Shown here piece after piece: positions 19,684 through 29,979 of a stretch of 64,000 nucleotides of DNA. Each line of letters begins with the position of its first letter. Within the stretch, counting starts at the first letter, position 1. This stretch comes from a virus. The position numbers were made by a program, and so were the translations under genes. The stretch lies in the IMG/VR virus record IMGVR_UViG_3300010885_030180, positions 1 through 64,000 of that record; one strand, 5' to 3'. A model generated the notes under the pieces. It searched no databases, had not been told where the DNA came from, and saw only the letters and a program-made list of their open reading frames with translations.

Positions 19684-19695
19684 TTATTAATGCCG

Positions 19696-20364
19696 TTACC
19701 GTACAAAGTTAACAATTCTTTCATAATTTGGTCTAAGATCGTGCGGACGTGGTCTTGTAGTATATTCCAGTCCCTTACCCACCGTCATGGTCATAATAGG
19801 TTTTCTAGTTATAAACGGAAGTTCTGTCAATTTTGATAGATCTTTAGGAAAACATCCAATAACTGATACATCAAGACTGTTTTCCAAACACATTCCACCA
19901 AACGCATCAGCAAATAATCCCACTTCAAATGCACTTGTTGGAGTTAGGTAATCTAATGTAGATTCATCAAGTGCTTCAAATTTGTGTCCTCTTGAAACTT
20001 GCCATTGTATCATTTCAGTAGGCTGTGTTTCTAATCTCATTGTAAAAATTAGCAAATAAGAACAACTAAGCATATTACTGTAAGCTGGCAAATAGGTGCT
20101 ATACCTTTCCGCAATAATATTGTTAATATCAATATTGTCACCGTGGGCCTCATTACCAAGACACGCTAGATAGGCCGCTTCTTTATATTTTTGATTATCC
20201 GGTCCTTGTCCTATTACATGAACAGTAAATGCCATGAAATTATTTTTAGATGGTGTAACTTCCCATGTTTTACGTAATAAAGAATCAATTAACGATTCTG
20301 GTATATCAACTGTACTGTCATATTTTAGTACAAATCTTCTATTTTTTAAAGTATCATATATCAT
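19696..20364 (-). CDS. nitroreductase-family flavoprotein
   Basis: L.NRR...KY......P...I..LL......TPSKNN pattern. Start refined to ATG 20364 with GGAGA Shine-Dalgarno. Confidence 0.65.
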   Translation of the reverse strand: MIYDTLKNRRFVLKYDSTVDIPESLIDSLLRKTWEVTPSKNNFMAFTVHVIGQGPDNQKYKEAAYLACLGNEAHGDNIDINNIIAERYSTYLPAYSNMLSCSYLLIFTMRLETQPTEMIQWQVSRGHKFEALDESTLDYLTPTSAFEVGLFADAFGGMCLENSLDVSVIGCFPKDLSKLTELPFITRKPIMTMTVGKGLEYTTRPRPHDLRPNYERIVNFVR

Positions 20365-21433
20365 AATTTTCTCCAATTATATTAATAACAGTACTTATCT
20401 CTTTAGAAGTTAGCCAAGCATGTATAGGCAACGATAGAATTGTATCAGCAACTATCTTAGAGTTAACACAATTATCTTTTCTGTGTACAATAGCATTATA
20501 CATTGAGTTTTCCGACAACGGAAGTTCGTAATGTATAGAGGCACGCAACATCATTTTTAGGCAGTTTCTAGTATCGTTGTCTGCAACTCGTATTGTATAC
20601 TTGTGGAAGTTGTGATTCATTTCTTGTGAAGCTGATTGAACATACACTGGTAAATCTTTAAATGCGTTGTTGTATTGACCGGCAATTTTTTGACGCTTTG
20701 CTTGTGTTTTTTCCATATTTTGCAACCGCAGATTAATAATTTCTGCATTGAGCACATACATTCTAGAATTGTAACCAAGTAGTTCAAAGTCGGTGCCTTT
20801 GCCATGTCGTCTTATCTTTTTAAACAGCGTTGCCTGTTCTGGGTTGTCGGTTAAAAATACACCACCACCATTAATACCAGCAATGACTTTGTTACTGTTA
20901 AAACTATAAACACTACAATCACCAATAGTACCTGCTTTTATTCCATTAAGGCTTGAGCCAATACTCTGTGCTGCATCTTCAATGAACACAATTCCTTTTT
21001 CTTGACAAAACTTTTGTATTGCAGAGGTATCTGTCATATTTCCAAATAGATGAACATAAACAATAGCTTTGGTCTTTTCGCTATACATACGTTTAATACT
21101 ATCTAAGCTCATGTGATAGGAGTCTAAATTAATATCACAAAACACTGGAGTCGCCCCTGCGAGGCTAATACATGCCGCAGACGAAATCCACGAAAAGTCT
21201 GTTACTAGTACTTCGTCTCCAGTTCCGATTCCATAAGTTAACAATGCAAAATGTAAAGCATCAGTTGCATTTGCTACTGAGACCGCATATTTTCTTCCAA
21301 CTCGTTTTGCAAAATTACGCTCAAATTCATCATTATTTTCGTAATTAAGTTGCGACATAAATTGATCAAATAACGTTAGGTATGCTTCTTTATTTTCGTG
21401 ATACTCTCTATCCCATCCATCATATGATATCAT
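20354..21433 (-). CDS. DegT/DnrJ/EryC1/StrS family sugar aminotransferase
   Basis: GDEV, GATPVFCD, VHLFG, EDAAQS.G, SFNSNK (PLP Lys), GYNSRM, LSLP. Confidence 0.93.
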   Translation of the reverse strand: MISYDGWDREYHENKEAYLTLFDQFMSQLNYENNDEFERNFAKRVGRKYAVSVANATDALHFALLTYGIGTGDEVLVTDFSWISSAACISLAGATPVFCDINLDSYHMSLDSIKRMYSEKTKAIVYVHLFGNMTDTSAIQKFCQEKGIVFIEDAAQSIGSSLNGIKAGTIGDCSVYSFNSNKVIAGINGGGVFLTDNPEQATLFKKIRRHGKGTDFELLGYNSRMYVLNAEIINLRLQNMEKTQAKRQKIAGQYNNAFKDLPVYVQSASQEMNHNFHKYTIRVADNDTRNCLKMMLRASIHYELPLSENSMYNAIVHRKDNCVNSKIVADTILSLPIHAWLTSKEISTVINIIGENYDI

Positions 21434-22284
21434 TTAAGTTTCTCCATTGCATTTAATATTGGCGATATATTTGGTTCTTTAATTGAACGTTTCCAGTATA
21501 CACTACCGCCGTCGTGTATTTTTGTATCTCTAAGATAAATTATTTCTTTGTTAAAATATCTACACTCTTGAAAAATTCTCGGAGCAGGATCAAATGTCTC
21601 TTTGGTATATACATACGTTTCAAAAATACCCATTAGATTTTCTACAGGTGCAAATACATTGTTATTGTTTATGTTAACATAGTTTTCGTTATAGGTCAAT
21701 ATACCGTGATTGGGATAATCGTGGATAACTTTTTCTATTGATGCATAATATTTGTCGTTTGTTCCTAAAAATAAATGTTTAAACTGTATACTATCCGTAT
21801 GTGGTTTGTAAATGCTAAAGTTGATAGTTTTTTCAAAATGTTCGCCTACTCCATTTGTATACACTTCAGTATCACATAAATCCACAATTTGCGTTGGGGC
21901 ATAAAACTCAACAGCCGACGGATATGTTGTAAGATGATTCTCAGAGTAAGTTGCAATAACTTTACCTCCAAATAAACGGCACAACGAATCTTGTTGTTCT
22001 TGACTATAATATTTAAAATCTTGCCATGACAATGTTATCATGCTTCTTCCCATAACCAACGTAACGTCCTTGTTATCTGGTAATATGTTATTAAATTCTA
22101 TATGTTGGCAATGGATATATTTTTTCAAAATCGCATTGATATAGTCTTCTTGTGAAAATTTTCTATGACAAATGATAACAACTTTGGAATCTATACCTAA
22201 TGAATTTAGATATGAGCAGTATTCGTAACTATAATAAAGTAAGCCATCAACTGGCTTACTTGTGACCACAATGTTAATCGTCAT
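21430..22284 (-). CDS. hypothetical protein, possibly GT-B glycosyltransferase-like
   Basis: 284 aa with a C-terminal YVYT...FDPAPR...EC motif, translationally coupled in the cluster. Confidence 0.45.
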   Translation of the reverse strand: MTINIVVTSKPVDGLLYYSYEYCSYLNSLGIDSKVVIICHRKFSQEDYINAILKKYIHCQHIEFNNILPDNKDVTLVMGRSMITLSWQDFKYYSQEQQDSLCRLFGGKVIATYSENHLTTYPSAVEFYAPTQIVDLCDTEVYTNGVGEHFEKTINFSIYKPHTDSIQFKHLFLGTNDKYYASIEKVIHDYPNHGILTYNENYVNINNNNVFAPVENLMGIFETYVYTKETFDPAPRIFQECRYFNKEIIYLRDTKIHDGGSVYWKRSIKEPNISPILNAMEKLK

Positions 22285-22970
22285 TTATCTTCAACTGTAA
22301 TAATTTCTTTGTTTTTTTCCGGTTGCCATTCGGTAGGAACTTTTACATTCCCGCCAGTTCTGTTACTTTTAATAAAGTTTAACATTATGCCGTGTTTATT
22401 AGCAAACTCTTTTGCTTCTTCTATCTGATGTAGATTGTGCTCAAACACAATGTAATGCCATTCAATTTTTAATCCTAGTGATCTTCCTAACACCATAGCA
22501 TCAAACAGTAGCGCACTATTTTGACCAACTCGATATATCATACTAATATCTTTCATACCGTCTAGCCCAAATGCCCATGTGACGTTTGTATGAGACAACT
22601 CAAACGCTTTCCTATACCATTCTATATTCTTCTGACTTGCAGCAGTCATAATTCTAACATTCTTATTCGGATAAGTTTTAGAGAATGCTAAAAAAGCAAA
22701 CAAGTCTGGCCAAAATACTGGATCAGAAAGTTGTCCACAAAGCATAACCCCAGACTCAAAGAATATTAACAGTTTTTCTGCATCTCTTAACGGAAGATCA
22801 AATCCGTTATCAATTCTTATTTTAATTTCTTTATACTTATTAGAATCTTTAGGAGCCTGAAGTTTAGCTCTAGTGCATTGTGGACATTGAAGTGGGCATC
22901 GTGTTGATGTTTCAATGTTAGGCATTCCGTACAACTGTTGTGCTTTAACAAATTCTAAATGATCATTCAT
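22281..22970 (-). CDS. short radical SAM protein (core only), paralog of 19042-19683
   Basis: CPLQCPQC, GQLSDP, FGLDG, WHYIVFEHN. Confidence 0.85.
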   Translation of the reverse strand: MNDHLEFVKAQQLYGMPNIETSTRCPLQCPQCTRAKLQAPKDSNKYKEIKIRIDNGFDLPLRDAEKLLIFFESGVMLCGQLSDPVFWPDLFAFLAFSKTYPNKNVRIMTAASQKNIEWYRKAFELSHTNVTWAFGLDGMKDISMIYRVGQNSALLFDAMVLGRSLGLKIEWHYIVFEHNLHQIEEAKEFANKHGIMLNFIKSNRTGGNVKVPTEWQPEKNKEIITVEDK

Positions 22971-23286
22971 TATTCACACCGCACTTTTCGCGACAGCACC
23001 TTGGAGCATTCTCTGGAAAATGCATTATAATATCAACAAAGTTTTTCCATGTAGTTGAAGATATAATATCAACTACTGAGTTGTTATTTAAGAGTGCGAG
23101 ACTCTCGCTGTAGAAACCCGACTCTACAAAGTCTTTTCTAGTCGATGGAGCATCACACCAACAACAAGGCAGTAAATATCCATCTGCTGTATATGCTATA
23201 CCTTGTTTTACTTGATTAGTACGTACTTGTTTGCCTGTTTCATCATAATAATGTGGCATGCATTCGGGTTTAATGTAAATTAACAT
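22963..23286 (-). CDS. stand-alone SPASM/twitch-like Fe-S protein, paralog of 18692-19045
   Basis: PEC...AYTADGYLLPCCWCD...DII....W...PRCCREKC. Confidence 0.7.
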   Translation of the reverse strand: MLIYIKPECMPHYYDETGKQVRTNQVKQGIAYTADGYLLPCCWCDAPSTRKDFVESGFYSESLALLNNNSVVDIISSTTWKNFVDIIMHFPENAPRCCREKCGVNNE

Positions 23287-23358
23287 ATATTATTAATATT
23301 TATTGTGAGCAACTATAGACATAAATATTATTAGTGCAATATTAAATTGCCATACAAA

Positions 23359-23940
23359 ATGAAAAATGAGTACTACCATAATCTTGGACACATCGATTTA
23401 GGAAACCTTGATCGTGTACATGGTTTTTTGGATCAATTCTTTCTAAACAAGCATAAATTAGAAAGCAGTTCAACTTATACTGAGATACATACTGATACAC
23501 AATTAGATGCAGGTGATGAATTAATATGCATGAAATATGGAACTCGCAATTTATTTTATACTGTTAAAGGCCCGGTATTATCCAATCTGTTTGATGATTG
23601 GAAATACATACAAAGTTGGGTAGAATCTAAAGTAGGACATACTGTTAATAAGTTTCCATTATTTTCATGTTGTAATAATCACATATTCAGACATTATGAT
23701 TTAAAACGTGGCGGTTCCGTTAATATGGGCGTAATGAATGTTGAAGACTCAGTTACTTGTTTTTGGAATAATAATAAGTTAATTGATTATGCCCAGTATA
23801 AAGTTGGAGAAGCAATACTTGCAAATGTAAGACACGAACATAGTGTTATTATAAATGACTCTCCTAGTAAATGGAATAATCGTGCAATCCTAATGTGGAC
23901 TACTGAACAAGAATATAATGATATCATTAACTCAAATTGA
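23359..23940 (+). CDS. 2OG-Fe(II) oxygenase-like protein
   Basis: RHYD...HEHSV...RAIL. Start refined to ATG 23359. Confidence 0.6.
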   Translation: MKNEYYHNLGHIDLGNLDRVHGFLDQFFLNKHKLESSSTYTEIHTDTQLDAGDELICMKYGTRNLFYTVKGPVLSNLFDDWKYIQSWVESKVGHTVNKFPLFSCCNNHIFRHYDLKRGGSVNMGVMNVEDSVTCFWNNNKLIDYAQYKVGEAILANVRHEHSVIINDSPSKWNNRAILMWTTEQEYNDIINSN

Positions 23941-24586
23941 AACTAACTTTTTGCTGTTTGGGTCTAGCAGTATATTCCACAATGATGGTCTAAGCATATA
24001 TCAGTTAGGTGGCAAATATTTAGATCGTCATAAAATAACATTTATTAAAGAAGACTTTGAACAAGTAACGTTAACTAAAATAGAAGATAGAATTATAGAT
24101 GCTTCAGATGAATTACGTGCAAAGATAACTATGTTATTAGAAGATGCGGTGAATACTGTTGAGAAGTATGTTGTTTCTATTGGTAGGCAAGGGGTGTTGA
24201 TTAGTCATAATAATTTAGGTGCAGATATGAATCCGCATATACATCGGCAGGCATACGCAACTGAATCATTACCGTGCATTACCGTGCATTATAATTTGTC
24301 AGGTAACTTCCCTGCAATTTTTAGAACTTATCCAAGCATAACAACACAAGAAGCAATCGAGTACGATTTGTGTCGTAGAGATACTATTGTAGAATGGTGC
24401 AACAACAAACCATATATCGATAATACACTAGTTCATTCTAAAAATATTATACTTTTTGATAGCGGACTAATTCCGCATTGTGTTAAACATACAACTGATA
24501 TTAATGTCTATTTTATATTTGATCATGCACAATTAATTAATCCAGAATTATATCAATCCCCGTTTGCTGTTATTCATCATGAATAA
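23918..24586 (+). CDS. 2OG-Fe(II)/cupin-like protein
   Basis: PHIH...ILFDS..PHCV. Confidence 0.55.
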   Translation: MISLTQIETNFLLFGSSSIFHNDGLSIYQLGGKYLDRHKITFIKEDFEQVTLTKIEDRIIDASDELRAKITMLLEDAVNTVEKYVVSIGRQGVLISHNNLGADMNPHIHRQAYATESLPCITVHYNLSGNFPAIFRTYPSITTQEAIEYDLCRRDTIVEWCNNKPYIDNTLVHSKNIILFDSGLIPHCVKHTTDINVYFIFDHAQLINPELYQSPFAVIHHE

Positions 24587-26080
24587 GTTATAATATTGCT
24601 GTATGGCGTGATCTTTTGCTTTATTAGTACTATATCCTATACTTTTTTGAAATTCATCTAGCTCTCGGTATGTAGTATGTTTAAATATAATTTCAAATTT
24701 TTCAGCAGCTGATAAATCTAAATGTAGATTATTAGGTAAATGCATATATGCAGCACTCTTAATGGTACCTTTTTTATTTTTAGGAAGAGCAGCAAGTAAT
24801 TTTTCAGCCTGTTTGATACATGATTGAAAGTTCCCGTATGCACATAATTCATTACTCCAATTTGTAAGACTACCCTCCTCAAACGAAAACCCATACAGCT
24901 CTGGGTTGGTAGTATAATTACTTTGCCAGACATTTTTGTCAATTAACTTGTTCTGAACATAAAGTGGATCAAACTCAATACTGTGTAATGGGCAGTCTGC
25001 ACTACTAAAAAAATCAGCGACCATCTGTATATTTTTTTCTGTATCATACGGTAGCCCTATAATATAACTACCCGTCATGCGAACTTGATCACCCCATATC
25101 TCTCTGCATTTATGCAATGTGTTGACTACTTTCTCAAATGGCAATCCTTTTCCTATTTCTTTTAAACTAAATGGATTACTGGATTCAAGTCCAAATAATA
25201 CGCTACGTACTCCTATTTCTTTACATATAGAAATCATCTCGGTATTATTATAAAACAAATCTAACCGTGCATTAATACCAAAATTAAACTGTACATCAGT
25301 CTTCAGTAACTCATCTCGAAATTCAATAAGATATTCATTGTTATCATTAAACGTATCACTATTCAGGATAAAATTAGTACTGCCAAATTGATTATAACAA
25401 TACATTAATTCATCTACTATCAGCTTAGGTTTTTTAATAAACGTACCTTTCTTTTTACCATTTAATGGGTACGCACAGAACCCACATTTAAACATACATC
25501 CTCGCTGCATTTCAATGGTAAAGCATTCACCTTTAAGAAAACTATCGCCTACGTCATATCGAGTTTCGTATTCGTAATATGTGTTAGAACTAATAGTGTC
25601 GGTATTATTTTTAAGTACATTAGGGGATATATCAGTTAACAATGATACGATAATATCGTCGGCATATCCGTATACATAATGATTAATATATGAATGTAAA
25701 TGCTTATTCTTTTCAAATTCGTTTGTCTTGTGCCCACCTACTACAATTTTTGCATTAGAGTTAAGTTTAACCTGATTAATGATATTCATCCATTCTTCAT
25801 ATGGATAAGGTAATGAATCCATAGTTACCAAACTATCACTATGAACACTAGTATTAAAATTTGAAAAGAAAGTAGAACTAATACAAAACAATTTTGTTTG
25901 TTTAGAAACTACTAATTCCACCATTGTCTTAATTTGATGTGCTGTCAACGACCCCACTCCGTCGATGACCCTTACTGAATATCCTGCTTGCCTAAGGACA
26001 TGTGCTAATCTATACGCACCTTGCGCTCTGTTAAAACTATTTGGGTGACATACACCTGTTAAAAATACTGCATCATACAT
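24548..26080 (-). CDS. B12-binding radical SAM protein (class B methyltransferase-like)
   Basis: GAYRLA..LR..GY.V.VID, IVVGG, RGC.FKC.FC, FGLES, IIGLP. Start refined to ATG 26080. Confidence 0.85.
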   Translation of the reverse strand: MYDAVFLTGVCHPNSFNRAQGAYRLAHVLRQAGYSVRVIDGVGSLTAHQIKTMVELVVSKQTKLFCISSTFFSNFNTSVHSDSLVTMDSLPYPYEEWMNIINQVKLNSNAKIVVGGHKTNEFEKNKHLHSYINHYVYGYADDIIVSLLTDISPNVLKNNTDTISSNTYYEYETRYDVGDSFLKGECFTIEMQRGCMFKCGFCAYPLNGKKKGTFIKKPKLIVDELMYCYNQFGSTNFILNSDTFNDNNEYLIEFRDELLKTDVQFNFGINARLDLFYNNTEMISICKEIGVRSVLFGLESSNPFSLKEIGKGLPFEKVVNTLHKCREIWGDQVRMTGSYIIGLPYDTEKNIQMVADFFSSADCPLHSIEFDPLYVQNKLIDKNVWQSNYTTNPELYGFSFEEGSLTNWSNELCAYGNFQSCIKQAEKLLAALPKNKKGTIKSAAYMHLPNNLHLDLSAAEKFEIIFKHTTYRELDEFQKSIGYSTNKAKDHAIQQYYNLFMMNNSKRGLI

Positions 26081-26085
26081 ATTGA

Positions 26086-26120
26086 TATTTATATAGTGCA
26101 TACTACACCCGCATAAATAA
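26086..26120. promoter_or_regulatory. divergent pair of late promoters
   Basis: TATAAATA on minus strand (26086-93) and CATAAATA on plus strand (26112-19), each just ahead of an ATG. Confidence 0.55.
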
Positions 26121-26124
26121 TTGC

Positions 26125-26709
26125 ATGGTTAATCAAGATTATCTTAAATTTTTTGCAATTGGTGATATATACGAACTAAAACATTCTATAGACATTCCGA
26201 GCGTTATTGAATATTGTAAAAATGTAGAATTTAAAGATCGTGACAAAGGAATACATTCATTAAGTTTAACGTCAATTGACGGTACTATGGAAACTACAGT
26301 AGACGGCGGCCTTAGATATATCGACGGATTAAAAGATGACGGTATTAGAGTACCAACAATTCATTATCATAATTTAAAACAGCACATTTCTTTGTTAAAA
26401 GATTTTGAGTCTGTAATTTGTAGAACAAGAATTTTTAAGGCATTACCAAGAGGAGTATGGGACCCTCACCGTGATGGCTCTAGTACAATTCGTATCATTG
26501 TTCCATTATTAAACAGCAATTGGAAAAATTTTAGATTGATGTATGAAGATCGTGTATTAAATCTGCAAGAAGGTAAAGCGTATGTAGTTAATACTCTTAA
26601 AGATCATGCGGCTGTTGCATTTTCTAATGAGATGTATATTATGGTCATGACTATACTACCCAGTGATGAATCTGCAAATATATTAACTAAGTTACTAGAA
26701 ATTAAATGA
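26125..26709 (+). CDS. aspartyl/asparaginyl beta-hydroxylase-like 2OG-Fe(II) oxygenase
   Basis: R.RI....P.G...PHRD...RIIVPL...G.AY.VNT.KDH. Confidence 0.75.
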   Translation: MVNQDYLKFFAIGDIYELKHSIDIPSVIEYCKNVEFKDRDKGIHSLSLTSIDGTMETTVDGGLRYIDGLKDDGIRVPTIHYHNLKQHISLLKDFESVICRTRIFKALPRGVWDPHRDGSSTIRIIVPLLNSNWKNFRLMYEDRVLNLQEGKAYVVNTLKDHAAVAFSNEMYIMVMTILPSDESANILTKLLEIK

Positions 26710-27323
26710 TGAAAATTATAGTCACTGGTCTTCCTCGAACCAGAACTAGTATTATTTCTAAAAAGATTGGACAACAATTTAATTTAGAGAGTCCTAGTAA
26801 TAAGTGGAGTGAAACCCATAAGTATAATGAATCTCGCGATAATTGGTTAACTCGCGATAATTGTATTTTTAAATTATGGGGAATACACAGTGACGATTAT
26901 ATTAATACATTAGAACAGTATCCGGGTAATATAATAGTGTCTTACACTACCGATTTACCTATGTTTGTTGCAAAGTTAGCACGGTCGTGTATAACAAATG
27001 AATGGGGAATAATTATCCGAGATAAAGATACTATATCATTTAAGGATAATATAAAACAATTTGAAGAATTAATTCCGATAGTTAATACATTTAAAGACTC
27101 GCTAGATAAACTATTGTCTAGTGAAAAAATATTATTAAAATCGGCTTTTGTTAATAGTGACAAAGTTGGAATTCATATTCAATCTACATTTGATGCATCA
27201 GTAGCAGAATACCTACGAGGTCTTGTTTGCGATTATACACCGCCGATTATTACAGATTACATTAACGAAGATCCAGCAGAATTTTATGAATACATATATA
27301 ACACATTTGGACGTACATTTTAA
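26706..27323 (+). CDS. sulfotransferase-like / P-loop protein
   Basis: N-terminal IIVTGLPRTRTS resembles the PAPS-binding 5'-PSB loop (G.PRSGT). Confidence 0.5.
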   Translation: MMKIIVTGLPRTRTSIISKKIGQQFNLESPSNKWSETHKYNESRDNWLTRDNCIFKLWGIHSDDYINTLEQYPGNIIVSYTTDLPMFVAKLARSCITNEWGIIIRDKDTISFKDNIKQFEELIPIVNTFKDSLDKLLSSEKILLKSAFVNSDKVGIHIQSTFDASVAEYLRGLVCDYTPPIITDYINEDPAEFYEYIYNTFGRTF

Positions 27324-27909
27324 TATAGATGATTTAAATTATATAAAGACAACAATTTTAGAATTCCACAATTCTAATAGAAATAATTTTTTATCTAAAT
27401 ATAATACTGGTAATACATTACATAAGCCATCATTAGGGTATTATGTTCCGTTATTTAAATCAACACATACTGATCGTGATGTAACATCGTGGGTAGAATT
27501 TAATTCAATACCAGATGACACAGTACAAATTGATACTATTAAAATGAATATATCGGATAATCTGCATCAAAATCTATATATAATTAATCCAAAATCTTCT
27601 TTTAATAATATTTTCTATGACAAGTTAACTCGTATACTAGATAGTATTCCTGTAGATTTTCAAAAAGAATCCACTACGGCATCTGTACAAGAGTTTGGTT
27701 ACAGTATGAAATTTCATACAGATGCTGGCGTAAAATCAAGAATACATATTAATTTAAATAAAGATAGTTTAGATTATTTTTATACATCAGATGGTTGTTA
27801 CAGAATGGAATATGCAAAATGCTATCTATTTGAAGCAAGTAAAACAAGGCACGGGTTTATGTCGTTTCAGACAGAGCCGCGTGTACATTTAATAATGGAT
27901 ATAATATGA
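27286..27909 (+). CDS. Asp/Asn beta-hydroxylase-like 2OG-Fe(II) oxygenase
   Basis: FHTD...RIHI.L...RHG.......RVHL. Start refined to ATG 27286. Confidence 0.7.
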   Translation: MNTYITHLDVHFNIDDLNYIKTTILEFHNSNRNNFLSKYNTGNTLHKPSLGYYVPLFKSTHTDRDVTSWVEFNSIPDDTVQIDTIKMNISDNLHQNLYIINPKSSFNNIFYDKLTRILDSIPVDFQKESTTASVQEFGYSMKFHTDAGVKSRIHINLNKDSLDYFYTSDGCYRMEYAKCYLFEASKTRHGFMSFQTEPRVHLIMDII

Positions 27910-28751
27910 TAACATTAGGAAAAGAAAAAGCGGTATATTCATTATTACTGCCCGAAGTAAAAGCAATATTAGAAAACGATAACGTTTCTAATTTTTATGT
28001 ACATACAGCAGATAAAGATCGTTTAGACAAATTTCGACAGGACACTGTTACTAATTTTAGAGAATGGGTAAAAGATATTGTTGACCTGGGCGAATTTACC
28101 CATGCATATCCTATTAACGGAGTCACCGGTGCAATCGAACAGTGGTTGTTAAGTAATCCAGGAAATGTTCAGCAACTACCTGGAGAATATGGATGGCTAC
28201 AAATACAGAGACCGTGGGTCAACGATAATCGTCCTGTTAATACGGCATACGTCAGTAATCCATTTAGTGCAACAGGATGTTTTCATCAACGCTACGTAGA
28301 CATAAAATTACCCACATTATTAGACTGTGCATTTGTTGGCAGTACGATGAAACATCGAATAGAATTATCTTCCAGTATTAGTGCAGTAGCATTTAGTTTC
28401 AGTAAAGGGTTTAGTGTTAATTTATTTCGAACAGGATTTCTATTCAGCAAAGAACCTATTCCTGCATTTGAAGTGTGGTTGGGGTATAATTATTATAATT
28501 ATTTAAGTATGCATGTTGCACGTACAATTATAGATAATTTTCCAGTTGATTATATATACAATAAATTTCGTGCAACACAATTAGAGATATGCGAAGAAAA
28601 TAATTTAATTCCTAGTGATTGTGTTTTTTTAGCAACTTCCACTGATAGCAAATACAATCATTATAAAAGAGGCGATGGCACTAATAGACTTTGTTTATCT
28701 AGAGAATATGAAAAAAGAGGTATTGGTACGTTTAGTGCATCAATATTATGA
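27906..28751 (+). CDS. PLP-dependent enzyme (fold type I aminotransferase/decarboxylase-like)
   Basis: NGVT.AI, GEY, SNP, LDCAF, FSFSKGF....R.G, terminal RL. Confidence 0.75.
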   Translation: MITLGKEKAVYSLLLPEVKAILENDNVSNFYVHTADKDRLDKFRQDTVTNFREWVKDIVDLGEFTHAYPINGVTGAIEQWLLSNPGNVQQLPGEYGWLQIQRPWVNDNRPVNTAYVSNPFSATGCFHQRYVDIKLPTLLDCAFVGSTMKHRIELSSSISAVAFSFSKGFSVNLFRTGFLFSKEPIPAFEVWLGYNYYNYLSMHVARTIIDNFPVDYIYNKFRATQLEICEENNLIPSDCVFLATSTDSKYNHYKRGDGTNRLCLSREYEKRGIGTFSASIL

Positions 28752-28763
28752 TCAAACAGTATA

Positions 28764-29327
28764 TTAATTCTCATGATGCTCAACCATATTGCCCTTAGGA
28801 TTCCAATTAAATGTTGTATCAAGTTTTTTAGAATATACGTATTGAGTAGTTTTTCCTGTAATGAATCTCAACCTTGGCTGAAATTCAAAACTTTTATACA
28901 ATGGATCATTAAAAAATTCTTGCTTGTTAGGCATTATTCTCTTATGTTGATACATGGCATTTAATGCACGATTAGTAATATCATGAGTCCAATAGATTAA
29001 CTTATAATTATTTTCAAACGCCCACTCTACCTGTAATGGCAACATTCTAAATCCTGCGTTGCAATGCCTATGTTTTTTTAGTATATGGTATCTACATATT
29101 CTTGCAACATTGTTTTCTTCGGTATACTTGATTGATGATTCAATTACAGATATTGATGCTAGTTCATCATTGATGAATAACATAAAAGTTTGCCCAACAA
29201 TATTATCTGGATTGTAAATTTTAGATTGCAACGAATCATTACCTTCGTTAAAGGTTTGTATTCTAAAATCTTCTATTAGTTGTCTATCAGATTTATTGTA
29301 TGTACGGATTGATATCTTCTGTTCCAT
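28764..29327 (-). CDS. GNAT-family acetyltransferase
   Basis: RICRYHILKKHR...G..ML...VEWA...N.ALN.MY. Confidence 0.6.
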   Translation of the reverse strand: MEQKISIRTYNKSDRQLIEDFRIQTFNEGNDSLQSKIYNPDNIVGQTFMLFINDELASISVIESSIKYTEENNVARICRYHILKKHRHCNAGFRMLPLQVEWAFENNYKLIYWTHDITNRALNAMYQHKRIMPNKQEFFNDPLYKSFEFQPRLRFITGKTTQYVYSKKLDTTFNWNPKGNMVEHHEN

Positions 29328-29979
29328 CTAGACTAAACATTAATGCAATACGATCTTCTGTTCCACTATTTTGAACACTATGTAACACACCTGTATTCAA
29401 AAAATATGGACACCCTGAATCAAGTTTGAGTTCTTCATATTCTGCTTTACGCCAGAACTTATTAATAACTCCTGGATTGGTTCTAATTGGTATAATGATT
29501 CTTACTGCATATGAAGGATCATAATCTATATGAGGATTTAATTCTTTTCCTGGTTTCAGCTTAGTTAATCTAACTCTAATAGCCGGAGATTTAAAAGAAT
29601 TCACAACTTCTTCAAAATAAGAACCGGTATATAGTTCAGTAGGCAGGTTGTAATTACGCTCATCTAATTCAGGCGCTACATTATCTCTACGTAGCCTAGC
29701 ACGAGCAGAATTAGCTTCGTATACTGATTCACACGCTTCTAAAGTAATAGGAGCATCATTACTTATATCACCATTGAATACTGTAAGATTGATCTGTTCA
29801 AAATGATCATACACACTTGCTACTAATTTGTGATTATTGGCGCATAGATACTTATTAGCTTCCATGACACCTTGAAAATGATCAATAACTTTTTCAAGAT
29901 TCTTATCTAGCTTTTCAATATCAAACTTATGGGGTAGTTTGATATAATTTGGTAATTTATATTTCAGTTTTATTGTCAT
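29293..29979 (-). CDS. Asp/Asn beta-hydroxylase-like 2OG-Fe(II) oxygenase
   Basis: RVRL.KLKPG....PHID...RI.IPI.TN...NTG..HSV.N....DRI.L. Confidence 0.85.
   Translation of the reverse strand: MTIKLKYKLPNYIKLPHKFDIEKLDKNLEKVIDHFQGVMEANKYLCANNHKLVASVYDHFEQINLTVFNGDISNDAPITLEACESVYEANSARARLRRDNVAPELDERNYNLPTELYTGSYFEEVVNSFKSPAIRVRLTKLKPGKELNPHIDYDPSYAVRIIIPIRTNPGVINKFWRKAEYEELKLDSGCPYFLNTGVLHSVQNSGTEDRIALMFSLDGTEDINPYIQ

Noticed and set aside
24267-24291. 10-nt tandem duplication cattaccgtg x2
   Set aside because: The reading frame stays open with His motifs on both sides, and there is no sign of a frameshift or target-site duplication.
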